From the IMG/VR virus record IMGVR_UViG_3300044681_000369, positions 64,001 to 128,000 of that record: 64,000 nt of DNA; one strand, written 5' to 3'. The translations under genes were made by a program, and so were the position numbers. The notes under the pieces are model-generated. The model saw nothing but the letters and a program-made list of their open reading frames with translations, did not search any database and was not told the DNA's origin. Shown here in pieces: positions 47,698 through 56,231 of this stretch (its first letter is position 1; each line of letters begins with the position of its first letter). Source of the stretch: a virus.

Positions 47698-48282
47698 ATG
47701 GCTACTAAGAACAACAACATTTTTTCAAATCTTCATGCCAAGGCTGGTGACCAGGACAGGTCTATCCAATGGTACATGAAAAATGTGAAAGCATTGGTTG
47801 GCAATAATGTAACCTCAAATGCCGTTATGAAATCGGAAATTGGAAGACTAGAAACCAAGATCGAAATTGGATCGATGTACCTGTATTTTTATGATCCAAA
47901 AACAAAAGACAAGTTGCCGTTTTACGACACCTTTCCTTTAGTGTTTCCCTTTAAGCCAGCACCAGGCGGTTTCTATGGCATCAATCTACATTACTTACCA
48001 TATATGCTGAGAGCCAAAGTTTTAGGTGAGCTATTGAACTATACGGACCAAAATCTGACAGAGACAAGTAAGATAAAAATGTCATATGGATTTTTACAAG
48101 GTCTGGCAAGCACAAACGAACTTATGCCGTGTGTTAAGAGATACTTAACAACTCACGTTCGATCAAGTTTTATGAAAATTAATCCTAAAGATTGGAAAGC
48201 AACAATATTTTTACCTGTAGAAGGCTTTATCGGAGCATCTAAAGATGTGGTATTCAGAAATACCAGGAGCAAAATTAAATGA
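47698..48282 (+). CDS. gp2: DNA end protector protein
   Basis: YDPKTKDKLPFYDTFPL, GINLHYLP, W..TIFLP; late motif CATAAATA at 47669-47676. Confidence 0.92.
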   Translation: MATKNNNIFSNLHAKAGDQDRSIQWYMKNVKALVGNNVTSNAVMKSEIGRLETKIEIGSMYLYFYDPKTKDKLPFYDTFPLVFPFKPAPGGFYGINLHYLPYMLRAKVLGELLNYTDQNLTETSKIKMSYGFLQGLASTNELMPCVKRYLTTHVRSSFMKINPKDWKATIFLPVEGFIGASKDVVFRNTRSKIK

Positions 48283-48824
48283 CCTACGGGTATAACATCG
48301 AAAATTTTCTTGCGGCAGTAAGACCAAAAGATTTGGCACGTTCGCATAGATATCAATTTCGCTTTACTCCTCCCAGAAGTCTTTCTGGTGTAACAGATAG
48401 AGGAAGCGATTTTGCAGAAATGTCGTTATACACAGAAGATGCGACTATTCCAGGTACACTTGTTGGAACATCACCACTAAGGTTGAACAATCAAAACTAT
48501 CAAAGAGCCACTGGCATTGATTATATGGGTGACTCGATCACAGTAACCTTTTTAGTGGAAGATGACTGGAGAGTAAAAGACCTATTTACATCTTGGATGG
48601 AAAAAATTGTTGATCCAATATCAAGAGAAGTTTCTTATCCAGCTGACTATTATTCTGAAATTTATATAGATGCATTAGATCAGTCAAATGAGCCAAAAGC
48701 TGGTTGGAAACTTTGGGACGCATTTCCAAGATCGGTTGCTCCGGCGGCTTTGTCTTACGGCAATACCCAAGTAGTTAGATTACCTGTGACGTTTACATAT
48801 CGAAAGTGGACTAAAGAGTATTAA
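48279..48824 (+). CDS. Tail-tube-fold baseplate protein (gp54-like tube initiator)
   Basis: LARSHRY, F..WMEKI, AFPRSV, LPVTFTYRKW. Confidence 0.75.
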   Translation: MTYGYNIENFLAAVRPKDLARSHRYQFRFTPPRSLSGVTDRGSDFAEMSLYTEDATIPGTLVGTSPLRLNNQNYQRATGIDYMGDSITVTFLVEDDWRVKDLFTSWMEKIVDPISREVSYPADYYSEIYIDALDQSNEPKAGWKLWDAFPRSVAPAALSYGNTQVVRLPVTFTYRKWTKEY

Positions 48825-48841
48825 TAGAGGATAAAAATACC

Positions 48842-49531
48842 ATGGCGCTACCAACATTGAATACACCAAAATTTAAAGTGAAAGTATATTCTGAAGATAA
48901 CAAAGAATATCAACTAAGACCGTTTTTGGTCAAAGAAGCAAAGTTACTCTTAATTGCACAGCAATCCGAGGATCCAAAGGAAATGATCCATGCTATGCAA
49001 GATTGTGTGACTAGATGCTCAGACGGTAAGCTAGATGGCAAGAAATTGCCATTTTTTGACCTACAACATGTCTTTATCCAGTTGAGGATTCAGTCTGTTG
49101 GTGCGATTACAGAATTTAAACTGGTTTGCGGAGAATGTAATACACATACTCCATCAAAACTGGATTTGAATCAGATAGAACTCCAGATTGATCCTAACAA
49201 TAACAAAAAGATTATGCTAACTCCAGAAGTTGGAGTAATGATGAAGTATCCAAGCGCAGAAATTTTGGCAGACCTAGAAAAGCCAGCTTTTGATTTGGTT
49301 GTAGATTGCATCGATAAAATTTTCGATCAAAACGAAGTCTATGATGCCAAAGAGGAAGGTAGAGAAGAAGTTGTTAAATTTGTTGAAGGATTAACAAACG
49401 ACCAATTTGAACTCTTTTCGGTCTTCTTTAAAACTGTGCCAAAAATACAGAAAGTCATAAACTACAAGTGCAAGACATGTGAAAAGGAAAATGTTGTAGT
49501 TATAGATGGCGTACAAAATTTTTTCGGATAA
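48842..49531 (+). CDS. gp26: Baseplate hub assembly protein (tail assembly chaperone-like)
   Basis: MALPTL, RPFLVKE, LRIQSVG, two CxxC motifs, C-terminal G.QNFF. Confidence 0.9.
   Translation: MALPTLNTPKFKVKVYSEDNKEYQLRPFLVKEAKLLLIAQQSEDPKEMIHAMQDCVTRCSDGKLDGKKLPFFDLQHVFIQLRIQSVGAITEFKLVCGECNTHTPSKLDLNQIELQIDPNNNKKIMLTPEVGVMMKYPSAEILADLEKPAFDLVVDCIDKIFDQNEVYDAKEEGREEVVKFVEGLTNDQFELFSVFFKTVPKIQKVINYKCKTCEKENVVVIDGVQNFFG
49519..49525 (+). other. Candidate -1 ribosomal frameshift site T TTT TTC
   Basis: In the last codons of gp26 (AAT TTT TTC GGA TAA). The -1 frame is open and continuous with the gp51-like ORF. Confidence 0.7.
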
Positions 49532-49551
49532 CCCTTTCTCATGACAATTTG

Positions 49552-49707
49552 ATGAACTATTATAAAACGAATTTTATATTAATGCAAGAACACAAATATA
49601 GTTTATCGGAACTTGAAGATATGATGCCATGGGAAAGGGAAGTTTACATAGGATTATTGATGCAACATTTGAAAAAACGAGCAGAAGCCAAGAAAAAGAA
49701 AAAATAG
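49552..49707 (+). CDS. gp51: gp51-like baseplate hub assembly catalyst (51 aa; probably the frameshift extension of gp26)
   Basis: Below the ORF-track cutoff; reads MNYYKTNFILMQEHKYSLSELEDMMPWEREVYIGLL...; no SD before its ATG. Confidence 0.85.
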   Translation: MNYYKTNFILMQEHKYSLSELEDMMPWEREVYIGLLMQHLKKRAEAKKKKK

Positions 49708-49716
49708 GTAAACTAA

Positions 49717-52281
49717 ATGGCAAACGATGTCAAATCAAATTTGGGTAAACTAATCAAAAAGGTAAATCCTTTTGGCGAAAAGCAAGACCCACAAAGACAG
49801 GTACAAAGCCTGGAGGAAGTCAGGTTTGCTGCCAACGTTGGCTCTGTTGGTTTGACAGATGAGAAATCTGGTCTTAAAATTGCACAAGATGTTTCTCTTT
49901 CCATCAAGGAAGTTGGTTCAGACTTCATAAAGGAAATGAGCGAAGAAAACCAGCTCCTCGTAAAGGATATGGTCAAGCAAATTGGTGGTCTATTGACTGC
50001 TAATGCCGAAAAACACAAGAAAACTTTAGATGAAGTAATTAGACTTTCAAAGCAAGTTGCCGAAACTGGAAAAGCCAGTGGCGATAAGAAAATGCAGAAA
50101 GTTGGAGAAGATACTTTAAAGTCTGCAATTGCTGAACGTGAAAAAAACATGGGAATGAATTACCATGGAGCAGATGATAATAAGGGCAATAGACTAGCAA
50201 GAAAGTTATTTGGAAACGATGTTGATATGTCGACCAAATTGGTCGAAGAGGATGTTGAAGAAACATACGTTGATCCATACACTGGAGAAAAATCAAAGCG
50301 TAAAAAACTTGATGCTGAAGGCAACGTAGTAAAAAGAGAAAAGCGTGAGGCTAAAGCGTGGCAAGATAAGGCGCTAGAAAAAAGAAACGTATTTAAAAAA
50401 GGTTTTAATTACGTTGAACGCTTCGATGAGATCGATGACAAAGGATATGCCGTCAAACTTGACGAAAAAGGAAATGAACTTAGATACGGCGATGAGGGTT
50501 GGAAAGAAGCAAGCCAAGTTAAGACCATCGACAAGTCGTTAACAAAAGATGAACTACGAGAGCATGTAAAAGAAGTTAATGCTACAACTGCTAGGGGGTT
50601 TGCAGAACGAACAGCAAAGGTTGCTTGGGGTGGAGCAAAAAGCATGGGCTCCGCTTTCCTAGAAGGACTCAAGACGCCAATTATTCCTGATGTTTTAGAG
50701 TGGGATAGACAGCCTGACGATTTGACCGATGCGCAAAAACGTGCAATAGATGAAGCAGAGCAGGCTCAAGGAAAAACTCCAAGAGAACAAGGTACAGCGG
50801 CTGTTGGTAAACTCTCTGAAGTATTGTCTGCTGAGACAGCCACCGGGGAATCTCTAAGTTCTGGTGCAGAAGAAGCGGCAGGACTAGCACAAGATCCAAG
50901 AATAAAACTTCAAGAAGAAGCAAACGCAAAATTAGATGAGGTTGTAAATCAACTAAAACTTCTAAACGAAAAAGGCGGAACTGGTGGTAACGGGAATGAA
51001 GAACAACAGCCTGCGCAACCACAAGAAGAAGGTGGTGGAATTCTTGACAGCATCATTGACGTAGGAAGCAATTTTATAGGAAAAAGAGCTGGCACATCTT
51101 TGTTGGGAGGCATGGGCGGAACATTAGTTGCCGGCGCGGCAGGCATCGGCATGGCTGGTTATGCCGCATATAATGCATACAACGATTACAATGAAGCAGA
51201 TCAACTTGTAGAGTCTGGTGGAATAAACGAAAGAACAGGAATAGCCTATACGCAAGCCGACGAGGACGCTAGAAAGTCTGAAGCAGTTGGAAGAGGTGTA
51301 GGTGGCGCATCAGGTGCATTAGCAGGCGCGGCTGCTGGTGCTATGATTGGTTCTGCTGTACCTATTGTTGGCACAGCAATAGGTGGGCTTGTTGGTGCTG
51401 GTATAGGCTATTTTGGTGGTGATGCCATCGGCAACACAATAGGCGACTGGATGTCAACCGACACAGAAGAGCAAGCAATGTCTGATGCGGAAGACAGTGG
51501 ATTATACAATTCAAACTGGCTAGGCAATTCAGAAATTGATAAGGAAAAGCTGGCACAAACAACAGATGTTGCCCAATTAAATGCAATTCTAAATGATGAT
51601 GATCTTAGCGATGAAGACAAAGCGGCAGTCCAAGAAAGACTTAACCAGCTTCAAAATAGTCCATCTCCAGTTTCGACAACAACTGGCACGGGTGCATCTA
51701 CTGGCGCTGCCCTTGAGAGTGCATCTACTGGCGCCGCCGGGGCGTCTACTGGCACTGCCCCTGAGAGTGCTTCTAGCGAAAATACTTCTACCGAATCTGG
51801 AAGAAGTTCGCTTGCTACTGGTACCAAATATGCTGCCGCTATGGCTCTCGGTGGACCCCTGGCTGCTGGTGGTATGGCACTATGGAATAACAAAGACGCT
51901 GTAGGTGAAACTCTAGGGAATGTAGCAAGTGGTATAGGAAGTGTTGCTAGTGGTGCATTCAGCGGCATTTCAAATTTTGCTAAAGAACATCCAATGTTAG
52001 CAAGTGTTGTGCCAGGCTTAGGCGCGGCTGGTGCAATAGGCGGTGCCTGGGATTGGTTAACTGGCGATGGAGAAAATCCAGATGGCGATATTCTTGAATC
52101 TGGCTCTGATGACGCTAGAGACGAAATGAGTGTTAACGTGCCTCCACCAACAGTTATTCAGCAAGGCGGAAAAGGAGAAGGTGCACCAGCTGGTCCACAA
52201 ATGCCAATGACTCCAATGAGAGTAAGAAATGATGAGTCAAGTTGGATGAGATTTGCAGATAAACGGACTATGGCAATATGA
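49717..52281 (+). CDS. Tape-measure / baseplate hub protein (gp29-like)
   Basis: Helical charged N-terminal half, Gly/Ala-zipper hydrophobic segments; position right after gp26/gp51. Confidence 0.65.
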   Translation: MANDVKSNLGKLIKKVNPFGEKQDPQRQVQSLEEVRFAANVGSVGLTDEKSGLKIAQDVSLSIKEVGSDFIKEMSEENQLLVKDMVKQIGGLLTANAEKHKKTLDEVIRLSKQVAETGKASGDKKMQKVGEDTLKSAIAEREKNMGMNYHGADDNKGNRLARKLFGNDVDMSTKLVEEDVEETYVDPYTGEKSKRKKLDAEGNVVKREKREAKAWQDKALEKRNVFKKGFNYVERFDEIDDKGYAVKLDEKGNELRYGDEGWKEASQVKTIDKSLTKDELREHVKEVNATTARGFAERTAKVAWGGAKSMGSAFLEGLKTPIIPDVLEWDRQPDDLTDAQKRAIDEAEQAQGKTPREQGTAAVGKLSEVLSAETATGESLSSGAEEAAGLAQDPRIKLQEEANAKLDEVVNQLKLLNEKGGTGGNGNEEQQPAQPQEEGGGILDSIIDVGSNFIGKRAGTSLLGGMGGTLVAGAAGIGMAGYAAYNAYNDYNEADQLVESGGINERTGIAYTQADEDARKSEAVGRGVGGASGALAGAAAGAMIGSAVPIVGTAIGGLVGAGIGYFGGDAIGNTIGDWMSTDTEEQAMSDAEDSGLYNSNWLGNSEIDKEKLAQTTDVAQLNAILNDDDLSDEDKAAVQERLNQLQNSPSPVSTTTGTGASTGAALESASTGAAGASTGTAPESASSENTSTESGRSSLATGTKYAAAMALGGPLAAGGMALWNNKDAVGETLGNVASGIGSVASGAFSGISNFAKEHPMLASVVPGLGAAGAIGGAWDWLTGDGENPDGDILESGSDDARDEMSVNVPPPTVIQQGGKGEGAPAGPQMPMTPMRVRNDESSWMRFADKRTMAI

Positions 52282-52883
52282 TAACTTTTAAAGAATTTTT
52301 ATCTGAATCAAAAGAACTGGCTGGGTTGACCATCTGGGACATTGACGAAACTCTATTCAGAACATCTGCTAGGGTCAATATCATGAAAGATGGTAAGGTT
52401 GTCAAGCGTTTGGGTAACAAACAATATAATACCTATCACTTGCAACCAGGGGAATCTTTTGACTTTAGTGAATTCAAGAATGCACGACATTTCAGAGACA
52501 CTAGCGAACCTATCGTTCGAGCAATTCGCAAGCTAATTGCAATACACAAAAATGTCAAAGCCAAAGGCAGTAAAATGATTATTGTTACTGCTAGATCAGA
52601 CTTTGATGATCGGGATGTTTTCTTAGACACGTTTCGTAGCCAAGGTATCGATATTGATGATATCTATGTTCATAGGGCTGGTAATCTAGGCACAATGCCA
52701 TCAGCACAAGCAAAAAGAATTGTTATAAAACAATATCTTGATACTGGTAAATATGGTAGAGCAAGACTTTTTGATGATGCTATTTCCAATTTAAATATGT
52801 TTAAAATGCTCAAACATGATTATCCAGATATTTCATTTGAGGCTTATCTAGCACATGAAGATGGAAGAATGACACGCATGTAA
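52278..52883 (+). CDS. HAD-superfamily phosphatase (PNK-phosphatase-like)
   Basis: Motif I WDIDETLF, motif II VTARS, Lys in AQAK, motif IV LFDD...N. Confidence 0.75.
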   Translation: MITFKEFLSESKELAGLTIWDIDETLFRTSARVNIMKDGKVVKRLGNKQYNTYHLQPGESFDFSEFKNARHFRDTSEPIVRAIRKLIAIHKNVKAKGSKMIIVTARSDFDDRDVFLDTFRSQGIDIDDIYVHRAGNLGTMPSAQAKRIVIKQYLDTGKYGRARLFDDAISNLNMFKMLKHDYPDISFEAYLAHEDGRMTRM

Positions 52884-52886
52884 AAG

Positions 52887-52912
52887 AAAGGGGAGCCGAA
52901 GCTCCCCTTTTT
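52887..52912. terminator. Bidirectional intrinsic terminator between convergent HAD and gp32 genes
   Basis: AAAGGGGAGC-CGAA-GCTCCCCTTTTT; cUUCGg loop on the minus strand; A/T tracts on both sides. Confidence 0.9.
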
Positions 52913-52927
52913 AATGATTAAAATATA

Positions 52928-53866
52928 TTAATCATCGTCTGCTAGACTTGCAAAATAACTCATGTTATCTGCATCGTCATCATCACTCCAAGGCGGAGTA
53001 TTATCGGTCTTAGACTCAACCTTAGGCGCAGTCTTAGCCTTCATACGAGTTTCAATAAACAACTCATCTTCGGCATCAGTTGGCTGTACGCTCTCAACAG
53101 TAGTGGCACGAACACCAGTATTGGCAAGAACCATATCCAACTTCTTCTTCAGTTCGTCATATGACTTGAAGTTTGAAGGATCAAGGAAAGCATTTAGTGA
53201 ATGTTGCTTTTCCCAGATGGCATTGAGCGCCTCATCACTTTCCGCAACTGGAGTCGGAGTTGTATCAAACTCAGACTTATCGTAGTTGCGATAACCTTCA
53301 ACCTGACGAATGCGGAGTTTGAAGTTCACTCCCTCATCAAAGTCAAACGGATTGATCGGATTTTCGTCTTCAAAAGTAGGCTGCATTACATCCTTGATCT
53401 TATCAAAGATTTTCTTACCATACTTGTAAAGAAATACCTGACCTTCGTTTGCCGGATTAGCAGGATCCTTGATAACAAGAATGTTAGAGAAGTAAGAAAG
53501 CCTACGCTTCTGCTTACGGGCAATTTCCTTGTTTGCCTCGATACCCGAATTCCACAATTCGCTGTTGAGTTCACCAACAGGATCGGGCTTGTTTAGGGTA
53601 GTAAGAGAGTTTTCGATGTACCACTTGCCAGTCGGGCCTTGGAATCCATGATCCCAAACTCGTACCCATGGAAACTCCTCACCCTTAGGTGCAGGCAAGA
53701 AACGAATGATAGCCTGTCCGTTGCCAGCCTTATCGACTGTTGGCTTCCAGAACTTATCTTCTTCGTTTGACTTTTGTCCGCCGGTAGAGATTGCTTCTAC
53801 TTGCTTGAGAAGTGTATCGAAATTTCCGCGATTTTTGCGGAGGTCTGATAGGGAATTAAACGACAT
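52928..53866 (-). CDS. gp32: Single-stranded DNA-binding protein
   Basis: FWKPTVDKAGNGQAIIRFLP, YKYGKKIFDKI, NYDKSEF, acidic C-terminal tail. Confidence 0.97.
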   Translation of the reverse strand: MSFNSLSDLRKNRGNFDTLLKQVEAISTGGQKSNEEDKFWKPTVDKAGNGQAIIRFLPAPKGEEFPWVRVWDHGFQGPTGKWYIENSLTTLNKPDPVGELNSELWNSGIEANKEIARKQKRRLSYFSNILVIKDPANPANEGQVFLYKYGKKIFDKIKDVMQPTFEDENPINPFDFDEGVNFKLRIRQVEGYRNYDKSEFDTTPTPVAESDEALNAIWEKQHSLNAFLDPSNFKSYDELKKKLDMVLANTGVRATTVESVQPTDAEDELFIETRMKAKTAPKVESKTDNTPPWSDDDDADNMSYFASLADDD

Positions 53867-53894
53867 AGTATTGTCTCCGTATTACGTTGTATGT

Positions 53895-54086
53895 TTAGTT
53901 TTGGCGATATGTATCATAATAATCATCACGATCATCATCTTCAAATTCTTCATCATCATCAATTTGCTGATCGCTAGAATATTTATACATGTTCTTACGG
54001 TGCTTTTCAAATTTATTTGCACCTTTACGAACTTCTTTCATGCGAGGTTCATCATACCATCTACGATCTCGGTGTGATTTGCTCAT
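53895..54086 (-). CDS. Small hypothetical protein (basic N-terminus, acidic C-terminus)
   Basis: Fills the gp59-gp32 gap in the same orientation. Confidence 0.6.
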   Translation of the reverse strand: MSKSHRDRRWYDEPRMKEVRKGANKFEKHRKNMYKYSSDQQIDDDEEFEDDDRDDYYDTYRQN

Positions 54087-54091
54087 TGTTG

Positions 54092-54682
54092 TTAGACCTT
54101 TTGGTCTTTCTCCTTGGTCCAGATTGAAAAGAATTTATCCTTATCAAACTTGATAAAGATACGATACTTCTTTACAAGACGAGCAAAGTCTTTCCAGATA
54201 AAGTCGTTTTGCATTGAAGTATCATTACTATACACGAAATCGAATAGCTTGTCAAGAACAATTACCGATTCCAATGTAATTTTTTTACCTAAGAACAGCT
54301 TTAGGACTATAGGATGCTGACCAGAATACGAGACCAGCGGATCTTGACCCGTTGCCTCAGCCCATTCCATTATGGTTCCAGCATCTTGTTTAAATTGATA
54401 TGAGAGTCTGCCCTGTAGAGTTTTCCAGTTTTCATAAACTTCTACAGATTCGGAATCAAAAACTCCGTTGTGGCCATTTACAAAGTTTGAAACGAAAAAA
54501 TTTATGAGGTCTTTCTTTTCGTACTTTTTTGCTAATTTACGAAACAACAGAATATCTTTACGCTTCATAAAAGTTTCAGGCTTACACTTTACCGCGCTTT
54601 TTGTTTTTGTTATATCGTATTGATCTGAGGTAAAGTGAAGTTTTAACGACATGTAAAGTCGATAAACATCAAAGGGTTCCAT
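54092..54682 (-). CDS. gp59: Helicase loader
   Basis: Y..Y.SLKLHFTSDQYD, F.KLAKKY, ITLESVIVLD; lies between gp33 and gp32. Confidence 0.85.
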   Translation of the reverse strand: MEPFDVYRLYMSLKLHFTSDQYDITKTKSAVKCKPETFMKRKDILLFRKLAKKYEKKDLINFFVSNFVNGHNGVFDSESVEVYENWKTLQGRLSYQFKQDAGTIMEWAEATGQDPLVSYSGQHPIVLKLFLGKKITLESVIVLDKLFDFVYSNDTSMQNDFIWKDFARLVKKYRIFIKFDKDKFFSIWTKEKDQKV

Positions 54683-54978
54683 CAGAGTGGCAACTTCCCG
54701 TCTTTCTTTCGTTTCAACATGTTGAGGTCTTCTGCCTCAGCACGAATCTTCTCTTTTAAGGAAGTTGTCAGTAATGACGAAACCGATTCCATTTCCAGTT
54801 CTTTCTTGACACAATAATCAACTAGTATATCCATGCAAGACAAGCCTGCCAAATATGCCTGTTTTTCAATGTATTGCGAAAACTCGGTAGCGGTATTAAA
54901 TTCCTTCGTAATTAGGAATTGTGAGCTAACCTTTTCAGACATTGGTACATCCTCTACCATAAATTCTGTCGTTGTCAT
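54682..54978 (-). CDS. gp33: Late transcription coactivator
   Basis: FSQYIEK...DILVDYC...SLKEKIRAEAEDLNML. Confidence 0.88.
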   Translation of the reverse strand: MTTTEFMVEDVPMSEKVSSQFLITKEFNTATEFSQYIEKQAYLAGLSCMDILVDYCVKKELEMESVSSLLTTSLKEKIRAEAEDLNMLKRKKDGKLPL

Positions 54979-55012
54979 AATATACCTTTTAAGTGTTTAA
55001 TGCGTTAAACAA

Positions 55013-55041
55013 ATAATACACTAAGTCAATCATTGTGTCAA
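55013..55041 (-). promoter_or_regulatory. Sigma70-type early promoter for gp33-gp59-gp32
   Basis: TTGACA (55036-55041), 17-nt spacer, TATTAT (55013-55018). Confidence 0.8.
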
Positions 55042-55048
55042 GAAAAAT

Positions 55049-55600
55049 TTACACTTCTTTATAAAAAATATGTAATCCAATTTGTCTAACTCTACGAAGA
55101 CCAGACCATCCAGGATTAACATATATTGCGTGATAATATGTAGCACCTCTAGTATTGTCGGTTTCATTCCCCAACAGTACATCCCGAGATACTGTTACAA
55201 TTTCATCAAATTTTGTCGGGTTTTTAATACCGTCTGGTTTACCATCACAGTACCAGCTGAACTGGCATCTATTTCTCAATGGATTTCCATGTCTATCTTG
55301 TTTCGATTGATAAACGACATCACAGATTGTATCTGGAAATCGTTCGCTATTTTTCCTATTTAGCGTAACGTGAGCAACGGCTTTCCAGCCTTCGACCGAT
55401 TCGTTTCTAGCCTCAAAATATACATTCTGAGCAAGACAAAATAGTTCTTTCGAATCGACACTTTCAATCAATGGAGAAGGCTGCACAGTTGGTGTAGGTG
55501 CAGCCTCGAAAAATGATCCATTGTCTATATTTTTAAATAAAACGCTACTTGGTACTATACTAATCGCTAATAAGGATATAATCTTTACTGGTATTCCCAT
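55049..55600 (-). CDS. SleB/Hydrolase_2 cell wall hydrolase with hydrophobic N-terminus
   Basis: CLAQNVYFEARNE, VTLNR, FPDTICDVVYQ, CQFSWYCDG, GATYYHA, IGLHIFY. Confidence 0.92.
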   Translation of the reverse strand: MGIPVKIISLLAISIVPSSVLFKNIDNGSFFEAAPTPTVQPSPLIESVDSKELFCLAQNVYFEARNESVEGWKAVAHVTLNRKNSERFPDTICDVVYQSKQDRHGNPLRNRCQFSWYCDGKPDGIKNPTKFDEIVTVSRDVLLGNETDNTRGATYYHAIYVNPGWSGLRRVRQIGLHIFYKEV

Positions 55601-55667
55601 TCAGATTACCTCTATATTGTTGAACTTAGGAGTTATTTAACGGTGGTTCCTCACACCGTAAGTTTAT

Positions 55668-55859
55668 TTATTCCTCAACCTCGTTTTGAATCTTGGTGAG
55701 TTCATCAGACAACTTAGAATATGCACGTTTCATCGCCTTTACGATTTTTGCCCGCTTCTTTTCGTCTTTTGTTTCAATTTCAACATTAATGTTTGCCGAA
55801 ACTCCAGAGTATTCTCCTTCACCCGACAAAATTTCCTGAACGTAAACATTCACCGACAT
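55668..55859 (-). CDS. Small hypothetical protein
   Basis: Start MSVNV at 55859 with GGAGA SD; the ORF-track extension overlaps the tmRNA. Confidence 0.6.
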   Translation of the reverse strand: MSVNVYVQEILSGEGEYSGVSANINVEIETKDEKKRAKIVKAMKRAYSKLSDELTKIQNEVEE

Positions 55860-55884
55860 AATTATATCTCCACAGGTTAAATAA

Positions 55885-56190
55885 AAAATGAGTGCTTCTG
55901 TTGCCAGGTGCACCCGAACCCCGTTCTAGCCTCAAGCGGCTAGAGCATAGCCTTCGTTATCGTTGGCAGTTATAAAATGACCACTCGGTCAGCGAATCAG
56001 TCTCGGTTTGTCCTATACAATCGCAGTCGATCCTGGTTCACCCCCATCATAGATACATGGCAGCCACCGTAGCAGCCGTTCTGGATTAACATGGTGTAAA
56101 CAACATGCATAGCCATGTATCTATGGTGGAGGTGGCGGGAGTCGCACCCGCGTCCTACAATCTTTCAGTCTACGTCAACAACTGATTAGA
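55885..56190 (-). ncRNA. ssrA: Circularly permuted (two-piece) tmRNA, alphaproteobacterial type; tag (A)ANDNEGYALAA
   Basis: Minus strand order: acceptor piece ending GCGGG-TGCGACT-CCCGC-CACCTCC-A-CCA (56151-56124), a 78-nt intervening segment, then the coding piece starting GGGGGTGAACCAGGATCGAC (56045). Acceptor stem has G3.U70. Resume context ATAACT-GCC; tag ORF 55967-55932. Confidence 0.93.
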
Positions 56191-56224
56191 TATTTAGTAT
56201 ATCTGAGTTTTTAGATATTGTCAA
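56191..56224 (-). promoter_or_regulatory. Sigma70 promoter of the tmRNA with overlapping late-like CTAAATA
   Basis: TTGACA (56219-56224), 17-nt spacer, TATACT (56196-56201), continuing ...CTAAATA. Confidence 0.85.
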
Positions 56225-56231
56225 GAGGTTT

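Noticed and set aside
54989-55010. CtrA box from the repeated TTAA
   Set aside because: Spacing is TTAA-N4-TTAA, not N7; better explained as a small hairpin in the gp33 leader.
56124-56155. Stand-alone tRNA or attP-like tRNA fragment
   Set aside because: It is a T-arm plus acceptor 3' strand that pairs with GGGGGTG downstream, so it is explained as the tmRNA acceptor piece. No integrase is present.
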